From positions 41,106,001-41,170,000 of the forward strand of contig OX638165.1 of NCBI GenBank assembly GCA_951804945.1: a DNA stretch of 64,000 bases, read 5' to 3'. The DNA is from Podarcis cretensis (Eukaryota). Numbering within the stretch: position 1 is the stretch's first letter; every line of letters begins with the position of its first letter. The position numbers and the translations under genes are program-made. Shown here piece by piece: positions 26,148 through 36,624 of this stretch. The notes under the pieces are model-generated. The model saw only the letters and a list, made by a program, of their open reading frames with translations. It did no database searches and was not told the DNA's origin.

Positions 26148-29100
26148 TTATTCTGTCCATCTGACTGGGTTGCCCAAACCACTTTGGGTGGCTTCCAGCA
26201 AATTAAAACATCAAACACAGTAAAACATCAAACATTAAAAACTTCCCTATACAGGGCTGCCTTCAGATGTTTTTTAAAAGTCAGATAGTTGTTTATTTCC
26301 TTGACATCTAACGGGGAGGGGGGTCCACAGGGCGGGCATGACCTACTCTGCTCCCTTCCCTGCTCCTACCACCTTTCTTTCCAAGACATCTATCCTGTGG
26401 CTACAAATGGCAAAGAACAGTTTTCTCCTAGGTCTGTAAGTAGCAGCTTATCCAACATTGCAGAAGAGAGTTGCTGGGCAGTAAATGTCTTGGCATTCAT
26501 TTTTCAGATCAGAGATGGGGTAACTGTACTCCTGTTGTTGAGTTCCAACTTCCCATATCATGGCCCAGTGGTCAGGGACGATGGGAATTGTGGTCTAACA
26601 TCTGGAGGTTGCTTCTTTTTTCTTGGCATAGACAGTATATTTATGTACGTATAAGCTTTCTCTGTAAAACTGATTTCCACTTTGAATACAAAAAATGAAA
26701 CGAAATCCACCTTTTTTCTTATTCCACCAGGCATTTCAGGAAGAAGTACAATATTTATTTGGTGTTCATTCCTCAACTTCTGTTCATTCTTTCCATCTTT
26801 GGATACCTGGTTTTTATGATCATCTATAAATGGTTGGCTTTTAGCGCAAAGAACTCTGAGACGGCTCCCAGCATTTTGATTTTGTTCATTAACATGTTCC
26901 TATTTCCTAATAAGAGAGAACCACACATCTTTTTCGAAGGACAGGTTGGTAAGCCTTATAATCTGAAAGATAGTCACAGAATTCCTTATCTTTGCCTGTC
27001 TCCAGTCTTGCAGTTCAGGCTTTCCTAAAGAGAAAGCAAAACACACAACTCTTCTGCTGCATTGATTTCAAAGGAATAGTTAGGCATGTACTTAAATTTC
27101 CTTAGTTGAAATGAACAGGTCTTTAACAGTACCTAATTTAGGTTGCTTAAATGTATCTTTTCTAATGTGGCTGAAGGTGTGGGGAGTGGAGCCACTTTGG
27201 GGTATATGTACTGGGAATGTGCAGTAGTTACTGAATTTTGGGAAGAGTTAGGTTAAAATATTACAGTGTCACCTCTGGTTGCGCACAGGATCTGTTCCGG
27301 AGCTCCGATCAGATCCTGAGGAATTCCCAACCAGAGGTGCCGCTTCTGCGCATGCGTGTGGCGTGGAAGAGCGCTTCTGTGCATGCGCACGGGGCAAAAG
27401 CTGGAAAAATACTTCTGGGTTTGCTGCATTCGCATCCTGAAGTGTGTAATCCAGAGGTACCACTGTACTTGGTTCTAGGCATGTATGGAAGATAGTCTTT
27501 CCCTGTGCTGGTATTGCTGGCATCCATCTGTCTCAGGAGACGATGGAAGTCAAACCACTGCGTTAGCAGCACCAAAGTGACCTCCCCGGGGTGCAAGCCT
27601 GGGCAGTGCGTATGTTGGAATTAGGAGGCATCTCTTTGATTCTAGAGAAAGGAATAAAATGTTATGATAAGAGCAACACTTCATTTTTAGCAACTCAGTA
27701 TTGCATAAATGAAAAGATAAGACTAAATCAGAAGTTATTTTGTGGGCGCAGTGGCCTGGGATGAAGTGGCATATGAAAGTTGTGGCATGGAAGAAAAAGC
27801 ATAAATGTGGAAATATTATAGTGATGTATGCAATGTATAAACAAGGCAATATTAATATGTGGTTTCCCCACATTTTTCTCTTTGCTGTTCTTTCTGCACT
27901 GATTTGGTTTTTGTCTTTGTTGTGTGTATGGAGATGCAAGTGGATGCATTGAAAGGAAGAGAGGCAGTTGGAGAAATATATGGAATTGAACAGACAGCCA
28001 TACAAAAGTGTTCATTTTAGGGCTTGTAACCCAGTTTTTAAAAAATCTTCAAATGCAGTCCTAAATACACATATTGAGAAGTAAACCACATGGAACACAG
28101 TGAATTCTGAATAAGCATGCATAGAACTGAATCATCAATGCATAATCTCAGTTTTTAGTTAACTGATAAATTTTTACATGTGTTGCAGGAGGCATCATAT
28201 TAGGAAAGTCATTTCTTCCCCTCCCTCTTCTAGGATGGTATTTGCCAGCTGCAATTTTAACACAACTTTAACTCTTTTATTAAAAAAAAAACCTGCCTGA
28301 TTAATATGGTCACCTTGGCAGGGGATCAGAAGGGTTCTTTTTAACTATAAATAAATGTTGTGGCCTTACTTTTTTATTGTATTAAAATTAATAAGGTATA
28401 AAAAGTAAATGGAAAAAAAACACCCCAATTCCAAACTGGCATTTAAGTCAGTTGTCATGCAAATCCTTTTCCTGCAAAGAATTGACACCTGTCTGAATCC
28501 TTTCAGTAATGTATATGCCAAAGGTGGGGAACCTGTGGTCCTCTAGGTGTTGGTGGAACCAAGTCCCATTAGCTCTGTTTCCAGCATTCAGGGATTGTGG
28601 GAGTTGTAGTTTAGTGATTCCTGGAGATGTCCACAGTGGTGTCCACAGATTCTCCACCCTTCAGGGCACTGGGGGAACTGTCACATTCTGAGGCACGGCA
28701 GCTGCCATTAGGAGAGTTTTAGTGGTTTTGTGTAGGGAGGAGGGAATCAGCCTCCATATAAAACAGCTTTGTCTTTTTTGCCTCCTCTCTTTCAAAACAG
28801 ATGGTTCTACAGAAATTTCTCCTGTCTGTTGCTGTGCTTTCCGTTCCAGTGCTGCTTTTTGGAAAACCACTTTATTTATACTGGTTGAGCAATGGAGGCC
28901 AAAGCATCGGGGCATACAGAGTATGTATTGGAAATTACTAAAATCCTTCCAGTAGCACCTTAAAGAGCAACTAAGAAATAACTGCCTATGATAGCATGTG
29001 TGTTATAAGATTGGCAAAATCCTTCTTCCAATTAAATGTATGTTCTCTGAATTAGTTTGATGGCTCTGTAAACACATGTTCTTTTTGGTTAAGGGGCAAG

Positions 29101-29590
29101 GAAAAAAGGATAAGAATAAAACCATTTTGTTACAGAAAAGGACATATATATGTTTCCAAGCCAAAAGTAATAAAATGAAGCTCTGTAACAGTGTAGCCCA
29201 ACTGACCAGCCTATGATTACAGGCAGAGGTTGCGTTCCCAGGTATCGCACACATATGTGAAATCATGTATAGTGGGGGTCACCATCTAAAAGCCAAACTA
29301 CTCTAAAAACCCACCACAATTGTTCTCTCCAAATCTCCTTTCTCAAACTCCAACTCTCCACAGCCTGAAATATCAGTGCAAAGGGTCATAGGATTGCTAA
29401 CCATTTTCTTGCTCTTTTTGCACCATTTCGGCCATTTCCCCACTGTTTTGGGGCCACTTTTGCCTTTTTTGTGGCTTTTTGCTGTTTAAATTGATTTTAT
29501 TTATTTCCTGGCACTGTGCAGGTGCGGTCACTCATGTGTTAAACGCATGAAAGTGGGGAGACACCTGTATTGTTGTTGTTGTTGTTGTTG

Positions 29591-29630
<40 letters not shown>

Positions 29631-32600
29631 AAAAGCAAGGATTGCCAAGCTGGCCCAGGTATTGACATGACCCTTACCGGTTGTTGATCTTGTGAACAGT
29701 CATTCTGCTGTGAGGCTGTTTTTGGCCCTTGAGGTCTTGCTAAGTTGTGCCACTGGGAGGGTTCCCTAAAGTGCAGCTAATTCTTACTCTTCACACACTA
29801 TAAAAGCAACCTTAATTCAGTAGAGGGTTGTGGGTAGAGTGTGTGCTCTCAAAATTTTGGGTAGCCCTGAGATAGAAATACAGAAGGCTTCATTGCATTT
29901 AAAAAAGTTGGTCACCTTTCTTGAGAACTAAATCTTTAGTACTTGGGTTTTGGGGGGGCTGGTGGAGATGGCTTGCATGGTTGCTGTAATCCCACTTGAG
30001 GTGGGGTGAGTGATACAATTCAATTTTTTATTTTAAATTCTCCAGAAAGGCTACCGGTTAGTACGAAAAGAAAGTGAAGAAGAAATTGCTCTGCTGAGAA
30101 CTCATGATATTGAAGAAGGAAGCAGCTCTTTGGACCACAGGCCCAAAGATGAGGAGAAAGAAGAGGTAGATGTGTGTGTTTCACAGACATTGCCTGTAGT
30201 TTGGAGCTATGTAAAAGGAATCATCTCAGTGCAGCACAGGGCGTGTTCACCTTCCCCTTCAGTTTGTGGTGGTATATTTCTTTCAGAAAGACCACCCCGC
30301 CCCCCTGTGGCTTGTATGCATTTATCAGCAATCTGGAAGACTGCAAAATGTGATGTTACATAATCTCTCACAGGCCACCTACAGGATGCTGGCTCTTATT
30401 TCAAACCCCTCCTCAAAACGCCCTTTTTAGGGTGTCCTGCACCCTGGCATTTAAATTAATGCATATCCCCCTGCATTTACCCTTGCCCATAAATCCCTTC
30501 CTCTCTTTCAGTTGCCTCTCCCTGTGTTAAATTTTAGATTGTAAGCTCCTTGGGGAAGGGACCTGTCATCTTGTAATTTGTTACTGTGTTGTACTGGGCT
30601 TATTGAGGGTGCTATCTAAATATCCCCTAGAAAACTTCTAGCAATAGTTTTTTCAAATGTTCTGCCTCCAGAGAGCCTTTTCATGCTGAGTTGACTACTC
30701 TAGAACTACTGCGTATTGCAGAGGATTCAGGATAGTGTTGCATGATTGACACAGCATGCTGTGAAGCCTCTATGGTCCCATGCATGGAGTATGTGCCTAA
30801 GATAAAACCTAATGCTTCTCTGTGCTTTTTTGGGGCAGTGAGGGTAAAAACAAGGGACGTGGGTGGCGTTGTGGGTTAAACCACAGAGCCTAGGATTTGC
30901 CGATCAGAAGGTCGGCGGTTTGAATCCCCGCAATGGGGTGAGCTCCTGTTGCTCGGTCCCTGCTCCTGCCCACCTAGCAGTTCAAAAGCACTTAAAAGTC
31001 AAGTAGATAAATAGGTACCACTCTGGCGGGAGGGTAAACGGTGTTTCCGTGCGCTGCTCTGGTTCACCAGAAGTGGCTTAGTCATGCTGGCCACATAACC
31101 CGGAAGCTGTACGCCGTCTCCCTTGGCCAATAAAGTGAGATGAGCGCTGTAACCCCAGAGTCACCCATGACTGGACCTAATGGTCAGGGGTCCCTTTACC
31201 TTTACATTAAGGGTAAAAACTGCCCAAGGAATACCAGTTAAAAACACCATAGAGCAAGTTCAGACAGGCTGACTGAGACGTGGCAATGCACATTACTGCC
31301 TACACTGGCTGGCAACAGCTCTCCAGGACTGTAGGCAGGATTTTCTCCCAGCCCTATTTGGAGATGCTGGCGATTAAACCTGGGACCTTCTGCTTGGTCC
31401 TTCCCGATACTCAAGAAAGTCATACTCTGTAGGCCTGTTGATCTCAGTGGGTCTACTCTGAATATGACTAGCACTGGAGACCACCTACTTAAATGAATTT
31501 GATGTGTCCCGGGAATTCTAAAGTACATCTGTATGTTTACATATTATTTTGCTTTAGTTTAACTTTACAGATGTATTCATGGATCAAGCTATCCATACCA
31601 TTGAATACTGTCTAGGATGCATCTCCAACTCTGCTTCATACCTCAGGCTCTGGGCTCTTAGTTTGGCCCATGCACGTAAGTATATCCTGCATGCAGTCTC
31701 AAACGCTCTTATTTTCTTGTTCCCACCTTGGTTCTTTAGGAGTCTCCCCCCCTCCGCTTTTGATTTTAAAACAAATATAAAACGTATTTAATTCTAATGT
31801 GCATATTCATTGTTCAGACATAATAAAAATTGGTTTCCTACTATGTGAATGGATTGCATGAATTCAACTATCCCTTCTCTTTCCATACTGCAAGGAGATT
31901 GGAAGCATCCATTTTCAGCTTTAAACTATAATCATTGTTCCCTATAATGTATGAACTTGGAGAACTGTGGTATATTGAAGCTGAAGAGGTCAAAATCTGA
32001 AACCATGGTTTGACCTCAGCTTTTTTTTTACATAAGTTTTTATTAAAATATTTTTCATGAGTATCAAAAGTATATTCAGTATCTGTGTTCAAATGGTAGA
32101 GTTCAAATCATACGGTTCAATTACATTCAGCATGATACATTGTTGGTATGGGCAGTATTGGGTTGAAGGTGAAGAAGCAAACTGCATTTCCCTAAATTTA
32201 GACACCATAGGAAATACACTTAAAAGCGGAAGCAAATCTTCCAGTCTCGCCAGTATGAAGTGGGGACAACAGATCATGCAAGCTAAGAGTTTTCCACAAC
32301 TCATCCACATAGTCCAAAGCCATAGTTTCCTGTTTCGTCTGAACAGGGCATGGTTGAGGTATTACATCTTCAACTGCTTTTCATAATGAGAAATGTGTCC
32401 CTGGCAAAATTACTTGTCCTTTAGGCATGTCATGTGGTAAAGTATTAAAAAGCAGGATTTGGGACAGTTTATTGTGTTTTTATTTTTAGAATTATCGGAA
32501 GTCCTCTGGGCAATGATCATGAGAGTGGGCCTTCGTGTGGATGCGACTTATGGGATCATCCTTCTGATACCAGTTTCAGCCTTATTTATGGTTCTAACAA

Positions 32601-33367
32601 TATTCATTCTTTTAGTCATGGAAGGTCTTTCTGCTTTTCTACATGCTGTACGACTTCACTGGTATGTGTGTTCCTTTTAATATATACATATGTGTGTGTG
32701 TGTGTGTGTGTGGCTTGCTAGCAAAACATTTTGGATTTTTTAATTAAAAATGTAAAGCTTAATTTTTATTTTTATTTTTAAAGTAAATGAATCCTTTATT
32801 GACATTAAGTATGTTCCACTTGAAAGTAATTACAGTGGTACCTCGCAAGACGAATGCCTCGTAAGACGAAAAACTCGCAAGACGAAAGAGTTTTTCATTT
32901 TTTGAGTTGCTTCGCAAGACGGATTTCCCTATGGGCTTGCTTTGCAAGACGAAAACGTCTTGCAAGTTTGTTTCCTTTTCTTGAAACCGTGCATTCAGGG
33001 GGTGCAGTTGCGACTTGACTTCGAGGAGCAACTCATAGCACGCGGTGTGGTAGCCTTTTTTGAGGTTTTTGAAGACTTTGGTGATTTTTGAAGCTTTTCC
33101 AAAATCCGTGCTTCGCAAGACTAAAAGAATCGCAGAATGAATTAATTTCGTCTTGCGAGGTGCCACTGTATTCATTGTGGATACGATTCAGAGCATGTTT
33201 GCCTAGCCGTTTTGAACGGGGTCCGTGTGATTGCCTTTATCCTAATGCAGTGCTTTTCTTTTTACAGGGTAGAATTTCAGAACAAGTTCTACGCAGGCGA
33301 AGGATACAAGTTCACACCTTTCTCCTTTCAAGACATTTCTTTACATTGTAATAGATACATTGCATAG
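6035..33367 (+). CDS. ATP6V0A2: V-type proton ATPase 116 kDa subunit a2, complete 20-exon CDS (848 aa)
   Basis: Spliced translation runs [18 protein letters not shown]...[12 protein letters not shown]...VEFQNKFY. All introns are GT-AG with consistent phases; exon sum is 2547 nt. Lies upstream of DNAH10 as in other vertebrates. Confidence 0.97.
6199..6323 (-). mobile_element. Penelope-like element terminal (pLTR) fragment with minimal hammerhead motif
   Basis: Minus strand reads CTGAAGA-A-GTGTGCATGCACAC-GAAA-GCTC-ATACC; homologous to 9891-10037 and 28944-28975. Confidence 0.75.
6287..6323 (-). ncRNA. Minimal type I hammerhead ribozyme motif (helix I truncated)
   Basis: CUGANGA core, 5-6 bp stem II, GAAA, palindromic AGCU in place of helix III, UC cleavage site. 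Confidence 0.55.
6479..6614. mobile_element. Palindromic hAT-type MITE
   Basis: TIR CAGTGTTTCCCAA; perfect 8-bp TSD CTTTAAAA; related copies for example at 36965-37093. Confidence 0.88.
7330..7650 (-). mobile_element. CR1 RT fragment interrupted by an L2 tail (about 7496-7595)
   Basis: [17 protein letters not shown] / FADDTKVGG / MNFNGDKYK segments on the minus strand. Confidence 0.8.
8120..8364. repeat. 245-bp near-perfect inverted repeat (hairpin) in ATP6V0A2 intron 1
   Basis: About 108-bp arms, 4 mismatches, one 25-nt bulge, 4-nt loop at 8253-8256. Confidence 0.93.
9891..10037 (+). mobile_element. Penelope-like pLTR fragment with 5' fold-back, inserted in a hAT-type MITE
   Basis: 13-bp TSD CTGGTACCCTCCA (9878-9890, 10038-10050); perfect 24-bp inverted arms 9891-9914 / 9931-9954. 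Confidence 0.8.
10230..10308 (+). CDS. ATP6V0A2: ATP6V0A2 exon 2
   Basis: ttttccag|[26 protein letters not shown]|gtaaac. Confidence 0.95.
10448..11010 (-). mobile_element. CR1 LINE 3' fragment
   Basis: Minus [23 protein letters not shown]; ATTCTATG-type tail. Confidence 0.88.
11965..12440 (-). mobile_element. L2-clade LINE 3' end with (TTA)n tail, split by a Tigger MITE
   Basis: Related tails at 7496-7595, 26103-26340, 35845-36015, 44860-44985 and 62960-63140; ORF end resembles [13 protein letters not shown]. Confidence 0.75.
12015..12267 (+). mobile_element. Tigger-derived MITE, same family as the 54867 element
   Basis: TA|CAGTGGTGCCCCGCAAGACGAA...TTCGTCTTGCGAGGCGCCACTG|TA; CGCAAGACGAA repeats. 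Confidence 0.92.
13217..13314 (+). CDS. ATP6V0A2: ATP6V0A2 exon 3
   Basis: [32 protein letters not shown]; AG/GT boundaries. Confidence 0.95.
14266..14403 (+). CDS. ATP6V0A2: ATP6V0A2 exon 4
   Basis: [37 protein letters not shown]...TAE. Confidence 0.95.
14694..14794 (+). CDS. ATP6V0A2: ATP6V0A2 exon 5
   Basis: [34 protein letters not shown]; donor GTAAGT. Confidence 0.93.
14817..15025. mobile_element. Tigger-like MITE, family D
   Basis: TA|CAGTCGTACCTTGGA...TCCGAGGTACAACTG. Confidence 0.75.
15713..15839 (+). CDS. ATP6V0A2: ATP6V0A2 exon 6
   Basis: [42 protein letters not shown]. Confidence 0.95.
16463..16732. mobile_element. hAT-type MITE
   Basis: CAGGGGTCGACAA...TTGCCTACCCCT termini. 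Confidence 0.65.
17240..17322 (+). CDS. ATP6V0A2: ATP6V0A2 exon 7
   Basis: [27 protein letters not shown]. Confidence 0.95.
17596..17783. mobile_element. Old Tc1/mariner/pogo-type MITE
   Basis: TA|CCATATTTATGTGAATCTAATGC versus GCATTACGTTCAATTAAATACAG|TA, imperfect TIR. Confidence 0.6.
18008..18199 (+). mobile_element. tRNA-derived SINE (Squam3-like)
   Basis: GGGCTGCAGCTCAGTGGTAGAGC A-box, GGTTCATTCC B-box, typical body; related copies near 24190-24490, 31290-31395 and 37255-37370. Confidence 0.75.
18334..18427 (+). CDS. ATP6V0A2: ATP6V0A2 exon 8
   Basis: [31 protein letters not shown]. Confidence 0.95.
18977..19035 (+). repeat. Compound (TC)n(TG)n microsatellite
   Basis: Direct reading. 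Confidence 0.95.
19808..20020 (+). CDS. ATP6V0A2: ATP6V0A2 exon 9
   Basis: [19 protein letters not shown]...[24 protein letters not shown]; atypical A/C-rich acceptor. Confidence 0.92.
20770..20920 (+). CDS. ATP6V0A2: ATP6V0A2 exon 10
   Basis: [50 protein letters not shown]. Confidence 0.95.
21489..21628 (+). CDS. ATP6V0A2: ATP6V0A2 exon 11
   Basis: [21 protein letters not shown]...LQSQDE. Confidence 0.95.
21641..21696 (+). repeat. (TTC)n microsatellite
   Basis: About 18 perfect units, 12 nt after the exon 11 donor. Confidence 0.95.
22619..22773 (+). CDS. ATP6V0A2: ATP6V0A2 exon 12
   Basis: [51 protein letters not shown]. Confidence 0.94.
22888..23288. mobile_element. hAT-type MITE with an internal 71-bp tandem repeat (about 3 copies)
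   Basis: CAGGGGTCAGTAAACT / AGTTTGCCTACCCATG termini; TSD TTCTACAG/TTCTATGG; units start at 23001, 23072 and 23143. Confidence 0.8.
23925..24012 (+). CDS. ATP6V0A2: ATP6V0A2 exon 13
   Basis: [29 protein letters not shown]. Confidence 0.94.
24953..25071 (+). CDS. ATP6V0A2: ATP6V0A2 exon 14
   Basis: [39 protein letters not shown]. Confidence 0.95.
26103..26340 (-). mobile_element. L2-clade LINE 3' end
   Basis: Homologous to 12270-12440; microsatellite tail. Confidence 0.72.
26731..26944 (+). CDS. ATP6V0A2: ATP6V0A2 exon 15
   Basis: [18 protein letters not shown]...[14 protein letters not shown]...FEGQ. Confidence 0.95.
27264..27465. mobile_element. Tigger-like MITE, family E
   Basis: TA|CAGTGTCACCTCTGG...CCAGAGGTACCACTG|TA. 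Confidence 0.78.
28801..28920 (+). CDS. ATP6V0A2: ATP6V0A2 exon 16
   Basis: [40 protein letters not shown]. Confidence 0.94.
29570..29629 (+). repeat. Compound (TTG)n(TTA)n microsatellite
   Basis: Direct reading. Confidence 0.95.
30046..30165 (+). CDS. ATP6V0A2: ATP6V0A2 exon 17
   Basis: [40 protein letters not shown]. Confidence 0.94.
30852..31209 (+). mobile_element. Sauria SINE
   Basis: Full head and tail; 11-bp TSD AGGGTAAAAAC (30841-30851, 31210-31220). Confidence 0.9.
31558..31675 (+). CDS. ATP6V0A2: ATP6V0A2 exon 18 (contains the essential Arg motif [12 protein letters not shown])
   Basis: [39 protein letters not shown]. Confidence 0.96.
32490..32661 (+). CDS. ATP6V0A2: ATP6V0A2 exon 19
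   Basis: [14 protein letters not shown]...[19 protein letters not shown]. Confidence 0.96.
32833..33168 (+). mobile_element. Tigger-derived MITE, same family
   Basis: TA-flanked, same TIR; keeps internal segments found at about 55055-55110 and 55802-55845 of the full element. Confidence 0.92.
33268..33367 (+). CDS. ATP6V0A2: ATP6V0A2 exon 20 (coding part, stop TAG)
   Basis: [32 protein letters not shown]. Confidence 0.95.
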
Positions 33368-34546
33368 TTTGGCTGCTGTAGTCGGTACATCTCTAGAGTT
33401 GTTTGAAAATAATCATGTACCTATTTGTCATTCTTGTACAGTTCATTGTAGAAAAGAAAAACACTGATTGCCTTACAATGCAGCCAAATAATTTTGTAAT
33501 ATATAACCACATTTGGATTTTGCTAACGTGGATTTCTGGTAAATAGTCACAAAAATGTCTGTGTTTTCCAGTCATGAGCACATATAAATTGATTTTAAAA
33601 CTGATTCTAAATATCTCATTGCTGCTTTTAAAAATGCTGCAGGTATTTTTAAGGGCAGTTTGTTTTCTTTTGTAAACCCTTACAGTGCATCCGATATGCC
33701 CTTAACTGGAAGTAAGCCCCATTGAACCTGAGTTCAGTACTGAAAAATGCTTTGTCATTCCTGTTAGTACTACTGCACCTTCATGATTACTCATAGCTCA
33801 GAAAATCAGGCAGCAGCTGAGAACGAAGTTGCTTACCTTTCTGTATTTACAGGAAACTATTAAGACTTTGTTATGCAGTCTAATACATGGGCTAAGATAT
33901 TGTTTAAAAGCTTTTTGCCTCTGGTTTGAGCAAGAGCTATGCTATTTTTTTGCCATTGCACATCCTACATTTTGAATATAAGAGGAAGGATTTGAAAGCC
34001 ATGCCAGCTTTTGGATTCACTAAAAAACTTGGAAGCCTGTGGCCTTGAATTTTTTAAGGAAATGCCTGTTAAGTTGACCAAGGAGCAAGTTATAGGGGCT
34101 CACAGTGATTCTCTTCCAATATTGCTACCTGAAATTATTTTGCAAGGTATTAAATATTCTAATTTAACTCCTGGTGGAACTTAAACTTCATTTGCTTAAA
34201 TGAAAAAAAGATTCATTGAAATTAAGTATATGCTTATGTACGTTTCTTCAGTATTGCTGTCTGGATATCCCCATACCTTTTGTTCAGTGTTGAATGGCAA
34301 ACTACCTGAGTTAGTACAAGTTCTTAGAAAACAATTACACACTCCATTTATGCACATCATTCCATTGCTGGAACTTAATACTTGCAAAATCAGGTTCTAG
34401 TTTAATTTTGTTTTTGACACAGCAGTGAATTTGAATGAAACTTGTTTATACTCGGTGAAGACAGCTACCTTTTAAAAGTTTTTTTTTTTAATTTCAAAAT
34501 GAAAATGGAGGTATTTCACCTTACCGAGTTTTATAGTTGCCAGCAG

Positions 34547-34584
34547 AATAAATCTAGCTGTCTTTCATATTCATCTTAAATAAA
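34547..34584 (+). terminator. Candidate polyadenylation signals of ATP6V0A2
   Basis: AATAAA at 34547-34552 and 34579-34584, about 1.2 kb after the stop, at the end of an AT-rich 3' UTR. Confidence 0.55.
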
Positions 34585-35011
34585 AGCTAATCACTCATTT
34601 TGAGAACAAACATTGTGCCTGTTAAATTGTAGCTTGCAATGAATTATGATGGTGATGATTTAAACCTCTGGGGAACCAAGCTGTGGGGGAAATGAGGATA
34701 TGAGTCCCTAGAGAAAATGATTGGATGAGAATGGGCGAATACAAGAGGTGGGAGGAGAACTCTTATTGTAGGGATGGTGGCAGGATGAGAGTGGGTTGTA
34801 TTGTTCAGGAAATATAATCATTACAACGGATACAAGAGACTGCCCAGTAAAAAATATCACATCCTTAGATTAATGTAGTCTGGAACCATTCTGGTGTAAC
34901 ACCTTAATGGTTAAATTCTCCCTTGTCACCCATGATAATCTACTGAAGAAATGGAAGAAAAAGAATGGGCTACTCTGGTTGTGAGTAGAGGTGGATGGTG
35001 TCTTCAATGCA

Positions 35012-36403
35012 TGTGTGTGTGTGTATGTGTAAAACTTATTGTGCAGAAAAAGGGGTCTGGGTTAAAGGCGGATCTACATGGATCCTCCACTTTTTAAAAA
35101 ATAACTCCAACAAATCCAGTGTCAAAACACATCTGGAAGGCACGCCTACAGACTGGACTATAAAAAACGTGGATCCAACACTGCAGCACCACAAAAACAT
35201 GGATCCTCATGAATTCATATGATTTTTATATTGAAACAAAATAAAAACACCATGAGACTCTACACAACGTATTTGTCTATAGGCAGAACCAAAAAAATCA
35301 CGCACCCACTGTTTCGTGGTACCGCAATGGCGCAAAAACATGGTTAAAAAACGCGGATCCTCATGATTTTTACACTAGATCAGCCCGAAGTCACCATCAG
35401 ATCAAACAACATGGCCATGGGCACAGCATGCACCACAAAAATCACGGATCCATGGCTTCCTGGCAAGACCGTGGCCCAAAAACGTGGTTCTGAAGCACGG
35501 ATCCTCATGGATCCTCACACTTCTTGCATTGGGCCAACCCTAACTCACTGTCAAATCACACATCATGTCCAGGGGCACAACCTGCACCACAAAAATCACG
35601 TATCCACGGCTTCCTGGAAACTCCATGGCCCAAAACCGGGGTTCTGAAGCACGGATCCCCATGAATCCTCATGCTTTTTGTCTCTACTTTCCAGGGACAG
35701 TCCTGGATTTACAGAAGCCATTCTGGTTTCTGATTTGATCCCAGAAAGTCCCGCTTTTCCTTCGGAGAAATGTTGGAGGGTGTGGTATGATATCCCTGAG
35801 AGAAACGTTTTGAGGGCATGGAGTCGTGTGATCCTGGAGCCAAGAAGATCAAGTAACTATGCAACCTTTGGAAGGCAGCTGAAGGCAGCCCTGTATAGGG
35901 AAGTGTGCAATGTTTTCTTATGTTTTGATGTATGTTGGAAGCCGCTCAGAGTGGCTCCGGCAGCCTTAGTCAGATGGGTGGGGTATAAATAAAATAATTA
36001 TTATCATTATCTTATTATATCATTAATATTATAATATCAAATATTACTATTGTTTTAATAATTTTAAGGTCGTACATATATATAAAATAAATGTTCATAA
36101 ATGTACTAAGCACACACACGAACACAAACCACATGTCTGAAGCGCGCAGAAAAAGTCCTGAAACCATTTTGTCCCCCCCAAATTTACCTGTTCCAAATAG
36201 CACATTGAAATGATGGTTAATGGTAAAGGCTTGATGTTGTTGGAGATTGCTAAGGCTAATGCTAGCTTGGAAGGTTTGATTTCTACCCTTACAGAATTTA
36301 GGCTTGCACTTTTTTAAAAAGTGGAGGATCCACGAGGATCCGCCTTTAACCCAGAGACCCCTTTTTCTGCACGATGAGTTTTACACACACACACACACAC
36401 ACA
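35012..36403. mobile_element. Unclassified non-autonomous TIR element (about 1.4 kb) with inverted (TG)n/(CA)n ends
   Basis: About 70-bp TIRs at 35031-35101 and 36309-36382; many GGATCC motifs; internal direct repeat at about 35418-35518 / 35573-35671. Confidence 0.8.
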
Positions 36404-36550
36404 GAGCCCGTAATAAATTATTTTTCATCAATGTTCTTTCTTGAATTCCGCCCATTTTTCTATGGACATTGAACTCCCCCCCCCCCCCCCCGCGCCGTGT
36501 TTCCTCAGGCTCTTGGTGCCGCGCGCGCGCGCGCCCTGCGGCCTGGCGCC

Positions 36551-36564
36551 GTTGCCATGGCGAC
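36551..36564 (+). promoter_or_regulatory. RFX X-box in the DNAH10 CpG-island promoter
   Basis: GTTGCCATGGCGAC, one mismatch from the palindromic X-box GTTGCCATGGCAAC, 60 nt upstream of the ATG. Confidence 0.85.
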
Positions 36565-36624
36565 GGAGGAGCGTCGGTTGGCCTGCCAGCGGCGGCGCCG
36601 AGCCCTCTGCGAGGCGGGCGAGCC

